Assembly: GCF_006345805.1 (NCBI RefSeq)
Contig: NW_021826325.1
Location: 1 to 13,300 of the forward strand
Length of the DNA stretch: 13,300 nucleotides
Source: Octopus sinensis
Taxonomy: Eukaryota
Reading direction: 5' to 3'
The notes under the pieces: model-generated
What the model was told of the DNA's origin: nothing
What the model saw: the letters and a program-made list of their open reading frames with translations, nothing else
Databases searched by the model: none
Shown here: one piece after another, positions 1-9,153 of the stretch
How positions within the stretch are numbered: the stretch's first letter is position 1
How the letters are laid out: each line of letters opens with the position of its first letter
Program-made: the position numbers and the translations under genes

Positions 1-949
1 ACTATAACGACTCCTTGAAGTATATATATAATTCGTGTCACGCATTGCTTTGTCGTTTGTTAGACATCATTCGTTGTTCCAATTTTCTTTGGCATTTCAT
101 AGGTCTTTATTCAAGCTTAAACTTAAGATCTCCTAGGTCGTTTACCCAACCGCATGGATATCTGTAGTTGTTTTCAAACTCACCGGTGTTTCACGTCATA
201 GAATGACGCATGGTGAGCGTTTGGTTTTCGTTTATAGGTTACTAATCAAGGCTTCTATTGGTTAATATAAAGCGCGGTTGATTGTTGAAATAGCACTAAT
301 TGAAACCTTTCAACGGATTCTCTTTCTGTTGTTCCTGAGCTCTTCGTATCGAGTTTACCGTGTTTGTGTTGATGTTGTTGATGTAGATGGTATGTAGGTG
401 GTGTCATAACAGCTGTATTAACTCAATCATTAGGCGTCCATTCTGTATGTGATATTATATGTAAAATGGCGGTTTATTGTATATTGCAAGTCCTGATAAC
501 AACGTCATGAGACAAACATTCTTTCGTATAATTGTCCTCTGAAAAGAAGCAAAAAAAAAAAGCAAGAAAAAGAACTAAAAACATAAAGAAAAAACGAAGC
601 ATAAACAAATTATCTTAACCTTTAGGTTAATCATGTCTTAATTAATTTCCAACATATTACGATCAAGTTAATAGAGATGTAATTATAATTGACGTATTCT
701 TAGAATGCATTATATCGATCCCTTTGTATCCATTATTCCACGTAACATAGCTTTGGATTTCGTATCAATTTCGAGAGTTTGAAACATTCCTTTGTATTCA
801 CGCTAAAATAGAAGTTATTAGAAGAATAAACATGTAAATTACTCAAGCATGAATGAATATTATCACGCGATTGTTTAAATATTATTAAAGACAGCATATT
901 ATCAATGACGGCTTTATTACTGTCTTCTTGCGATCTCTCGTGCGTATAC

Positions 950-1047
<98 letters not shown>

Positions 1048-1184
1048 CTATATATATGTAACTATCTATCTACCTGCCTATCTATCTATATATCTATCTA
1101 TCTACCTGGCTCTCTCTCTATCTATCTATTTATCTATCAATCTATCTATCTGTTTATCTATCTATCTATCTATCTATCTTTCTA

Positions 1185-1226
<42 letters not shown>

Positions 1227-1274
1227 AATATATATATATGTAACTATCTATCTACCTGCCTATCTATCTATCTG

Positions 1275-1357
<83 letters not shown>

Positions 1358-1400
1358 GTTTATTTATCTCTCTCTCTCCTCTCTCTCTCTATCTATATGT
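950..1400. repeat. Compound microsatellite (TATC)n/(CT)n/(TA)n with higher-order duplication
   Basis: Long TATC arrays. The unique interruption GTAACTATCTATCTACCTGCC occurs twice, at 1058-1078 and 1240-1260. Confidence 0.97.
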
Positions 1401-1568
1401 ATATGTATGTAAGTATATGTAAATGCATATGTATAAACAAACACAACCCATACACGCATTTTACAGGTGTGTCATCAGTGTTTCGAGTCATTGCTTTCAT
1501 GTGCTGAGGAATAAATCCATTGATCTAAGAGCAAACACTGTGCGTTTCGGCGAATGTAAACATTAAGT

Positions 1569-1669
1569 CTATACAATAAGTTCGTAGGCAGGAAGCGAGG
1601 GAACAGCTGTACGCATGTTTCGATTCTTATTTGAATCTTCATTATCATTTGTGTATTCTCGCTGACAAT
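1569..1669 (-). other. Candidate terminal coding exon (xCQREYTNDNEDSNKNRNMRTAVPSLPAYELIV*)
   Basis: Minus-strand acceptor tgtgtttgcag| at 1670-1680. A phase-1 frame of 32 codons ends in TAG at 1571-1569. Unique sequence between microsatellites; no homology recognised. Confidence 0.25.
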
Positions 1670-1692
1670 CTGCAAACACACTGTTGCTCATA

Positions 1693-1693
<1 letters not shown>

Positions 1694-1753
<60 letters not shown>

Positions 1754-1913
1754 GTGTCTATGTGAGTCATGTGTGTGTATAGTAGTAGCAGTCGTCGTCG
1801 TCGTATTAATAGTAGTAGTAATAACAGTATTATTATTATTATTATTATTATTAGTAGTAGTAGTAGTAGTAGTAGACATTAGTAGTAGTAGTGACAGTAG
1901 CAGTAGTAGTGAC

Positions 1914-1963
<50 letters not shown>

Positions 1964-1980
1964 GAGTAGTAGGAGTAGCA
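1694..1980. repeat. Compound microsatellite (TA)n, (TAT)n, (AGT)n
   Basis: Directly visible tandem di- and trinucleotide arrays. Confidence 0.97.
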
Positions 1981-2281
1981 TGACTCCATTGGTTCTCCAA
2001 CGACGTTGAAAGTATGCTAGACCCTTGGAGACTCTTGTCCTTTCGTATGGATACGAAATTCCGGATCTTACATTTGTATATGGAACGAAGTACCAAGTCA
2101 TTTGATCTCAAGGGGTTCAGAAGGTTAGCTAAGAAACCCGTACACAGAACCTAATGGGAAGAAGGGGAGAAATAGTGAAAATCCTGTTCTGACTGCTTAA
2201 AAGATCTGAGAGGACATAACACCACGAAGAGAGACCAGTGGCGACTGGTGAATGCAAAAGTTTCTAGAGTAGCACACCAAA

Positions 2282-2375
2282 GTGAAATAAAGTGTCTTGC
2301 TCAAGGGCATAACGCGTCTCTGGAAGCCGAATTCACGACATTACCATCGTCAGCCACTCAGCCACATGCTTTCAC
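2282..2375 (-). mobile_element. Degenerate tRNA-derived SINE head plus CORE-like domain (same family as 9345-9683)
   Basis: gtgaaataaagtgtcttgctcaagggcataac matches gaaataaagtgtcttgctcaagaacacaac at ~9578-9609. The A-box remnant ccactcagcca lies near 2354-2364. The element may extend left to the (CTA)n tract at ~1980. Confidence 0.75.
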
Positions 2376-2384
2376 ATACAGAAG

Positions 2385-2722
2385 CACACACACAGAAGAA
2401 CACACATTTACACACACACAAGCACGCACGCGCGCACACACACATGCATACATACACGCACGAACGCGCGCATACAGGCACACACATACACAGACAGGCA
2501 CACGTACACACACAAACACACACACACACAGGTACGCACACGCATACACACACAAACACAAACACTTGCACACACACCACGAGTACGCGCACACAGACAC
2601 GCACACACACATACACACACAAACATATATATATAGAGAGAGAGAGATGGAGAGAGAGAGAAAGAGAGAGAGAGAGAGCCAGGGAGAGAAAGAAGAAAGG
2701 TAGGGAGAGGAGGCGATAGATA
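2385..2722. repeat. Degenerate (CA)n/(CG) then (GA)n microsatellite
   Basis: Directly visible; explains the HTHT/VCVC/ERER ORFs. Confidence 0.95.
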
Positions 2723-2991
2723 GATACATTGATTGATTCATATAGATAAATAAGTGTATATAACGTGCGAGTGAAGAATGGAGTCGGTGATATCACGTTT
2801 ATTCCACTATTTACAAATGCTGCGATAAAATATGGATGACAAGTCACAAAATATGTTGGAAAATAGAAGAAAGCAACGATACTCTCATATCGATGACTTA
2901 ACATAGTTCTATATTTGAGAAGTGAGGAATTCTGTACATTATTTACATTATTTACATTTGACGGATATTTGTCCTCATCTTGTTTGTTGTT

Positions 2992-3037
2992 AACATAACA
3001 TTTCGGCTGATATACCCTTCAGCCTTCATCAGGTGTC
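2992..3037 (-). ncRNA. Minimal type I hammerhead ribozyme motif
   Basis: Minus strand reads GACAC-CUGAUGA-A-GGCUGA-agggUaUa-UCAGCC-GAAA-UG-UU-AUGUU. The CUGAUGA and GAAA core boxes are intact, stem II is a perfect 6 bp, stem III is vestigial, and stem I has 4 pairs plus a core-proximal C-A mismatch. Confidence 0.7.
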
Positions 3038-3087
3038 TTGGGGAAATTTCAAACCTGGCTTCTCATTCCTAAGTTATTTTTCCGATG

Positions 3088-3158
<71 letters not shown>

Positions 3159-3288
3159 TTATTATTATTATATTATTATTATTATTTAGGTCACTGCCTG
3201 GAATCAGACTCGGCAGTGACCTGAATAATAACAACAACAACAACAACAACAGCAACAATAACAATAATAATAATAATAATAATAATAA
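3088..3288. repeat. (CAT)n(TAT)n - central hairpin - (AAC)n(AAT)n, internal to the fold-back element
   Basis: Mirror-image trinucleotide tracts on either side of the 11-bp stem and 13-nt loop at 3188-3222. Confidence 0.9.
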
Positions 3289-4026
3289 ATATGTGACCCG
3301 CAGCAAACAAGCTGATGTTGACCAGAAGCAAACCCATCAGTAGCTACGGAGCTCAGGGCTAAAAGCAGAGAGCGAAGGTTTCATCCTGGCTGCTCAAGAT
3401 CAAAGCCTATTAACCCGGAACTTCCAGGCCAATGTGATGAAAAATGGAGCAGACCCAAAATGCCGATTCTGCAACGACATGATTGAAACAGTGGACCACC
3501 TAATCTCTGGATGTAAAGTCTTAGCACCAGTGGAGTATAAATTAAGACATGACAGAGTTGGCCAATATCTCCACTGGCTAATAAGTCGGCATTACAATAT
3601 CAAAACTGCCGACAAGTTGTATAATCACACCCTGAGGCTGTAACTGAAGGAGAAAATGTAACCATTCTGTGGGACTTTCCAGTACATACAGACCGAACCA
3701 TCAAGGCCAATAAACCAGATATTGTTGTGAAAGACCAAAACAATAAAGTTTGCTTATTGATCGACATGAGCATCCCCTGTGATCATAATATCTCAGCGAA
3801 AGAGTTTGACAAGCTCAGAAAATATAAAGACCTACTCATTGAAATTGAGAAAATGTGGCATCTCAAGGCGGTTACAATACCAGTGATCGTAGGAGCACTA
3901 GGAATGATCAAGAAGGGAACCGAAACTTATATGAGAATGATCCCTGACTTACCATCCCTGCAAGAAGTGCAAAAGATTGTCTTAACTGGTACATCACACG
4001 TATTGAGAAGAGCATTGTCGATGTGA
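3289..4026 (+). pseudogene. Disrupted C-terminus of non-LTR ORF: post-RT region, CCHC zinc knuckle, RHD motif, PD-(D/E)xK endonuclease
   Basis: Reads YVTRSKQADVDQKQTHQ*LRSSGLKAESEGFILAAQDQSLLTRNF...CRFCNDMIETVDHLISGC...RHDRVGQYLHW.... A frameshift at ~3630 continues as PEAVTEGENVTILWDFPVHTDRTIKANKPDIVVKD...CLLIDMSIP...KLRKYKDL...IPVIVGALG...LRRALSM*. One in-frame TAG (3341-3343, probably former TGG) and a 1-nt deletion. Confidence 0.92.
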
Positions 4027-4190
4027 GAACTGTTGCTGCTCATGTATTTTAATTTAACTTTAAAAAAAAAAAATTAACGAACTACTGAGTTTGGTTTAAT
4101 AGCCTACCAATGTATACTATGAGTTTCTTTGCCCTAGGAGTCGGGAAGACACTCGGCAAGAAATGGAAGCAAATTTGAAAGAAGAAAAGA
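3289..4190 (+). mobile_element. 5'-truncated non-LTR retrotransposon with restriction-like endonuclease (R4/Dong clade-like), including 3' UTR
   Basis: Degenerate ORF C-terminus followed by a ~165-bp 3' UTR ending in an A-rich stretch. (AAT)n on both sides. Confidence 0.9.
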
Positions 4191-4229
<39 letters not shown>

Positions 4230-4266
4230 GTAATAGTAATAATAATAATAATAATATTAACAACAA
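4191..4266. repeat. (AAT)n tract (right remnant of the LINE target)
   Basis: Directly visible. Confidence 0.95.
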
Positions 4267-4316
4267 CATCGGAAAAATACGTTAAGTATGAGAACCCAGG
4301 TTCGAAATTTCCCCAG

Positions 4317-4362
4317 GACACCCAATGAAGGCTGGAGAGTACATCAGTCGAAATGTTATGCT
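4317..4362 (+). ncRNA. Degenerate (probably inactive) hammerhead motif in the right arm
   Basis: GACAC-CCAAUGA-A-GGCUG-gagaguacau-CAGUC-GAAA-UGUU-AUGCU. The core CUGAUGA is mutated to CCAAUGA; stem II is retained with a G-U pair. Confidence 0.55.
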
Positions 4363-4585
4363 AACAACAAACAAGATGAGGACAAATATCCGTCAAATGT
4401 AAATAATGTAATTGACTTAATATGTTCTAGATCACGATTTTAATCATCAAACAACGTTTGTAATTATCAAACCACGTCACAATTAATAATTTACAAAGTA
4501 GCTGTTTGCTGTTCTATCCCCTAAATGTATACGGACTTTCGAACAATTCAGCTTCAGGAATATTTGCGTCTTTGTCTTCCCACAG

Positions 4586-4731
4586 ACCCATGTGCACGCA
4601 AGCCCACACAGCCGTGAACACGTTGATGCAGAAACGCCCAGACTCACAGGAACGCCCACTCTTTGTAAACAAATATGGCGTAGATGTGTGAAGATGTGAA
4701 AGTTCCAAGAATGGATCAATGAAGTTATGCT
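4586..4731 (+). other. Candidate exon (possibly non-coding or stop-containing)
   Basis: Strong acceptor gtctttgtcttcccacag| (ends 4585) and donor |gtaaga (4732-4737) around a GC-richer unique island. All three frames contain stops. Confidence 0.25.
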
Positions 4732-5718
4732 GTAAGAATTGTCTCCCTTGAACAACACCATCTTCATTATTATTCTTGTCACCAGAGATATGTCCTAGAA
4801 CCTATGTTGAATTTCATATGGTATATATGCAACCGTGTGCATGCGTATATTGCAGCAGATCCTGTTAAATTCTGAAATCATTTGAAACTGCTTAACATTT
4901 TCGTGACTGTGAATTATCTGTCGAAATAAAAATTGTCTCATTTAGGAAAATCTATTTCTAAATTACTGATGATGTTATATTATTTTTACCACTTGCTGAC
5001 GGAAAGAAATATCTTCGAAACCGAATGTAATTTCTCTTCGAAATAAAATAAATAAACGAACGTGAAAACAAATATAGATTTCCAACAGCGCCCAATTTTC
5101 TAGTTTCAACATCTGCTCTGATTCTGACAAATCTATTAATTTTATAAAAGCACACAAAATAACTAACAATATAAAAGCCCAAAGAGGTTAGCATTCCCCT
5201 ATTCACTTAGACAACGAATCGTACAGAGGTTGTTTTGACCCGTCTGGTAGCAATATACAGCAGCGGCTGTCGCTCTAATGATACACCTTTTAGGAAAAAT
5301 ATTGAAAAATAAATAGATAAATAAATAAATAAATAAACTAATAGCAAATTAGTAAACATATTTGACAGTTTTCTGATATCTATGATGTTATGAGGTTTCA
5401 AAAAAAGATATTTCGTTTCTATTTATATTCGCTGGAATCTTAATAGCATTCTTTCAGTAAAAAAAAAAAATATATGTATATATATACTGAAATGCGCAGT
5501 GTATCCTGACGCCTCTTAACTTAGTCCACTTTAAAGAAGAGAGAGTTTGTCACCATCTTTCTTCTTATGCGTTTTTTTTTCTTTTACACATTTAATACAT
5601 TTTCTCTTTACTTTTTCTTTTGCATATCAAAAGAGCTTAATTTCCTAATTCATTATTGAATACCAGCGCATCGTTGCTCTTAATCCCTTTACTTTTACTT
5701 CTCACGAAAAAAAAAAAC

Positions 5719-5760
<42 letters not shown>
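5719..5760. repeat. (AAT)n microsatellite
   Basis: Directly visible. Confidence 0.95.
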
Positions 5761-6043
5761 CGATGTTGATAGTAATAACAACACATGTGAAAGAAGACAA
5801 AATAAAACTCCGGTTTCTTTGATGTGCAGATGCTTTGTCTAGAGGCATGTGATCTATGTAATTCTTACAAGGACAGCATTACTGAACAAAGTTCTTGCGT
5901 GTTATTTTTGCTTGGGGCACTGCATTTAGATATTCTATAAACATGGAAAGTAAAACAGAGTTTTGTATTTGAAAATGGAGAGAAAAAATACATTGGGAGG
6001 GGGGGAGACCATTATAAGAAGACCTAATAATAAGAGGAAAGAA

Positions 6044-6044
6044 A

Positions 6045-6134
<90 letters not shown>

Positions 6135-6145
6135 TAATAATAAAA
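6044..6145. repeat. (AAT)n microsatellite
   Basis: Directly visible. Confidence 0.95.
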
Positions 6146-6625
6146 TAAATGATATGAAAATATTGAAGAAGTGAGACAGATAGTGAAAGACTCTCACGCA
6201 AGTAAATGAGAGAGAAAAATTCACAAATCGATCATTTTCTACTGAAAATACCTTCGAACATTTCAGAAAGTATTTAAAGATTCTTTTTCATCTCTTTTCC
6301 AATTAACCTAAATTGATAACAGCTTCGCAATTATTTGTATCCAAGTAAGGCAATCTTTTCTACATGTAAAGTTATATACCCGTGTGAACATGCAATCTTT
6401 GGTATGTGTATTCGATAGGTTTTATATAATTTTAGTTTGAAAAAAAAAAAAGGAAATTATTTTAGTTGCCGAAACCAACTACGCCATTTATAATATGATG
6501 ATGAGAATTAAGGGGAAAATATTCAACATAAAATTTGAGAAACACAACAAAACAGTTGTAACAGTTCTCGTTAGCGGTTTATCATCTAACTAGTGTTGGT
6601 TTAATAGGATCACTTCTAAACTACA

Positions 6626-6694
<69 letters not shown>

Positions 6695-6708
6695 CATACA
6701 TACATACA

Positions 6709-6741
<33 letters not shown>

Positions 6742-6943
6742 GTATAGATACATACTACAAATACACACACATACATATACATATACGTATATATATATGT
6801 GTGTGTGGTTGTGTGTGTGTATGTGTGAAAATAAACACACACATTTATCTATATTCATACATAACCACGCACATACATACCTACATAAATGCATACATAC
6901 ATGCATACACGCACACACGCACGCATACAGACATATCTGCAAC

Positions 6944-6977
<34 letters not shown>
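6626..6977. repeat. Compound (TA)n/(TACA)n/(TG)n/(CA)n microsatellite
   Basis: Directly visible. Confidence 0.95.
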
Positions 6978-6978
<1 letters not shown>

Positions 6979-7236
6979 TAACCAAAAAAAACCTCTTCCT
7001 CACGCACACGTATATATATCAAGCTAGTTATCGTTGATATATATTTATACATATTTACGAATTTTATTTAAGGATATATTCTGTTCAAATCCCTATTTTA
7101 TATTTTTTTTGTGCCTAAACATGTGAATGGTATGTTTTATAAAAATGAAATTACTATATACACAGTAAATCGTAATCATCTAGGTACAGTTTATCTCCCT
7201 ATTTAACCGCTAACTTATAAAAGCAATCATCACCCC

Positions 7237-7397
7237 ATATATATATATATGTATATATAATACATATATACATGCATACTTACATTCATATGTATATATA
7301 TATATATATATATATTAATATATATATATATATATATATGTACATATATATATACACATATGTATCTATACATACATACTTACACACAAATGTATAT

Positions 7398-7445
<48 letters not shown>

Positions 7446-7648
7446 GGATTGTGGTCGCTACTCAGTATTTTCTATGTAGCAGTAGTGGTGGTAGTAGTGC
7501 GAGTAGTAGTAGTAGTAGTGGTGGTGTTAAGGGGGGAGTGCAGTTTCAGTAGTAGTAGTACTTGCAGCTGCATTAGGAGGAGTAGTGACAACAGAAGCAG
7601 TGGCAGCCGCGGCAGTAGCAACAACAACAGCAGCAGCAGTAGTAATAG
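7237..7648. repeat. (TA)n array followed by degenerate (AGT)/(AGC)/(AAC) trinucleotide array
   Basis: Directly visible. Confidence 0.9.
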
Positions 7649-7840
7649 TTTACTCTTCATGTATGTTGGTCACACGTGTAATTGGTAACAATTGCATTTT
7701 AAAATTTATACTGATAAATCTTCCTCGACATTCGGTAGAAACAAATGATATTCATATAAATTCGTGTGTTTTTCTCTCACACATCGCACGCACTGCTCTT
7801 TATATTTTCATACTTTCCTTCGTTAATATTACATGTAGGT

Positions 7841-8250
7841 AAGATGGCGAGGTGGCAGAAACGTTAGCATGCAGGGCAAAATGCTTAGTGATAGTTCGTC
7901 TGTCTTTACGTTCTGAGTTCAAATTCCGTCGAGGTCGACTTTGCCTTTCATCTTTTCGGAGTCGATAAATTAAGTACCAGTTACGCACGGGGGTCGAATC
8001 TAATCGACTTAATCCGTTTGTCTGTCCTTGTTTGTCCTCTCTGTGTTTAGCCCCTTGTGGGTAGTAAAGAAATAGGTATTTCATCTGTCTTTACGTTCTG
8101 AGTTCAAATTCAGTCGAGATCGACTTTGCCTTTCATCCTTTCGGAGTCGATAAATTAAGTACCAGTATCGTACTAAGGTCGATCTAACCGACTGGCTCCC
8201 TCCCACAAAATTTCGGGCCTTGTGCTTAGAGTAGAAAAAAAGAAGAAAAA
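7841..8250 (+). mobile_element. tRNA-derived SINE family 1, dimeric form (head + core + tail A + second headless core + tail B)
   Basis: A-box-like tggcagaaacg; B-box gagttcaaattcc at 7915-7927 and again at ~8100-8111. The core gaggtcgactttgcctttcatc(c/t)tttcggagtcgataaattaagtaccag occurs twice and, from memory, resembles the Meta/Sauria SINE central domain. A-rich end. Confidence 0.85.
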
Positions 8251-8462
8251 AAGGCGGCAAGCTGGCAGATTCGTTAGCATGCCGGGCGAAGTGATCGGCT
8301 GCAGTCATCCGTCTTTACGTGTTCTGAGTTCAAATTCCGCTGAGGTCGACTTTACCTTTCATCCTTTCGGGATCGATACATTATGTATCAATTGCTTACT
8401 GGGATCTAATCGACTGGTCCCTTCCCTCTAAAATTTCGTGCCTCGTTCCTAGAGTAGAAATG
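8251..8462 (+). mobile_element. tRNA-derived SINE family 1, monomer
   Basis: aaggcggcaagctggcagattcgttagc head, B-box at 8326-8338, core, tail ...cctagagtagaaa. Confidence 0.88.
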
Positions 8463-8484
8463 AATATTACATATAGGCCTTTAA

Positions 8485-8702
8485 TGCGGCGAGCTAGCGG
8501 AATCGTTACCGAGCTTGAAAATAACAATGCTAAGCTGCATTTTCTCCGAGTTTAGGTTGCGAGTTCAAATGCCGCCGAGGTAGACTTTGCTATTCCTTAT
8601 TTCTGGGTCGATGAACTAATTACCAGTCGAGCACTGATGTCAATGTAATCGACTTACTACCTCCTCTAAATTTGCTGGCCTTGCGCTGATATTTGAAACC
8701 AA
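8485..8702 (+). mobile_element. tRNA-derived SINE family 1, older copy
   Basis: gcggcgagctagcggaatcgtt head, gagttcaaatgccgccgagg, tail ctggccttgcgctgatatttgaaacc. Confidence 0.8.
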
Positions 8703-8715
8703 TGTTATATAGAAT

Positions 8716-8910
8716 TGGAAGTTGCCAGAATCTTTTGCTCACCGCTAAGCATTTCTTGTCTGTATGTTCTGAGTTCAAATTCCGTCTGAATCGAGGTTGC
8801 TTTTCACCCCTTCGGAGTTCACAACCTAAGTACCAGTCGAGTATTGGGTTCAATGTAATCGACTTACAACCTCCCCCGAAATTTCTGGCCTTGTGCTAAA
8901 ATTTGAAACA
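8716..8910 (+). mobile_element. tRNA-derived SINE family 1, older copy
   Basis: gttctgagttcaaattcc, taagtaccagtcgagtattggg, tail ctggccttgtgctaaaatttgaaac. Confidence 0.8.
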
Positions 8911-8928
8911 GATGCAACATATAAAGAT

Positions 8929-9090
8929 GGTGGCTATGTGATTCAGAAGTTTACTTCCCATTTTCGTGTTTTCTGATTTTGTTCAACTCCACGGTACATT
9001 GCAGGGTTATTGCCGACTATAGCCCATGGCCAACCAGTGCCGTATGAAAAAAACATGGCTGGCGAAGACTGTGTTGAAACGCGTAGCAAA
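8929..9090 (+). mobile_element. Highly degenerate head of SINE family 2
   Basis: gtggctatgtgattcagaagtttacttccca...actatagcccatggccaacca parallels gtggctgagtagtaatagcttgctt...actatagccttgggccgacca at 12213-12318. Followed by a microsatellite, as in that copy. Confidence 0.55.
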
Positions 9091-9112
9091 CATACACACA
9101 CAGACACACACA

Positions 9113-9153
<41 letters not shown>

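Larger units (their letters stand above)
2912..4412. mobile_element. Fold-back (inverted-arm) non-autonomous element with hammerhead motifs, Penelope-like/SINE hybrid, interrupted by a LINE
   Basis: 2944-3088 is the reverse complement of 4266-4410 (145 nt, 14 mismatches by manual alignment, no gaps). Inner (ATT/CAT)n and (AAT/AAC)n tracts mirror each other. Central stem aggtcactgcc (3188-3198) / ggcagtgacct (3212-3222). Flanking direct repeat tgacttaacatagttcta (2894-2911) / tgacttaatatgttcta (4413-4429). Confidence 0.85.

Noticed and set aside
905-2904. ORFs with IYLS, poly-L/S/T/V, HTHT and VCVC content
   Set aside because: Translations of stop-free microsatellites, not genes.
3434-4026. 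Two separate small genes (69 aa and 99 aa)
   Set aside because: They are fragments of one frameshifted retrotransposon ORF.
3033-4321. Two similar ORFs starting MSWGNF(K/E)PGFS on opposite strands
   Set aside because: A by-product of the inverted arms, with non-ATG starts running into (ATT)n. No coding signal.
2944-4410. DNA transposon with long TIRs carrying a nuclease gene
   Set aside because: The enclosed ORF is a truncated non-LTR retrotransposon with its own 3' UTR. It sits asymmetrically, to the right of the true symmetry centre (3188-3222), so it is a secondary insertion.
5935-7842. ORFs with poly-N/I/Y/V/S and YIYI content
   Set aside because: Simple-repeat translations.
7841-8910. 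CRISPR-like or tRNA gene array
   Set aside because: Units are ~200-bp diverged SINEs with no constant short repeat and unique spacer pattern, and no complete cloverleaf; the context is eukaryotic.
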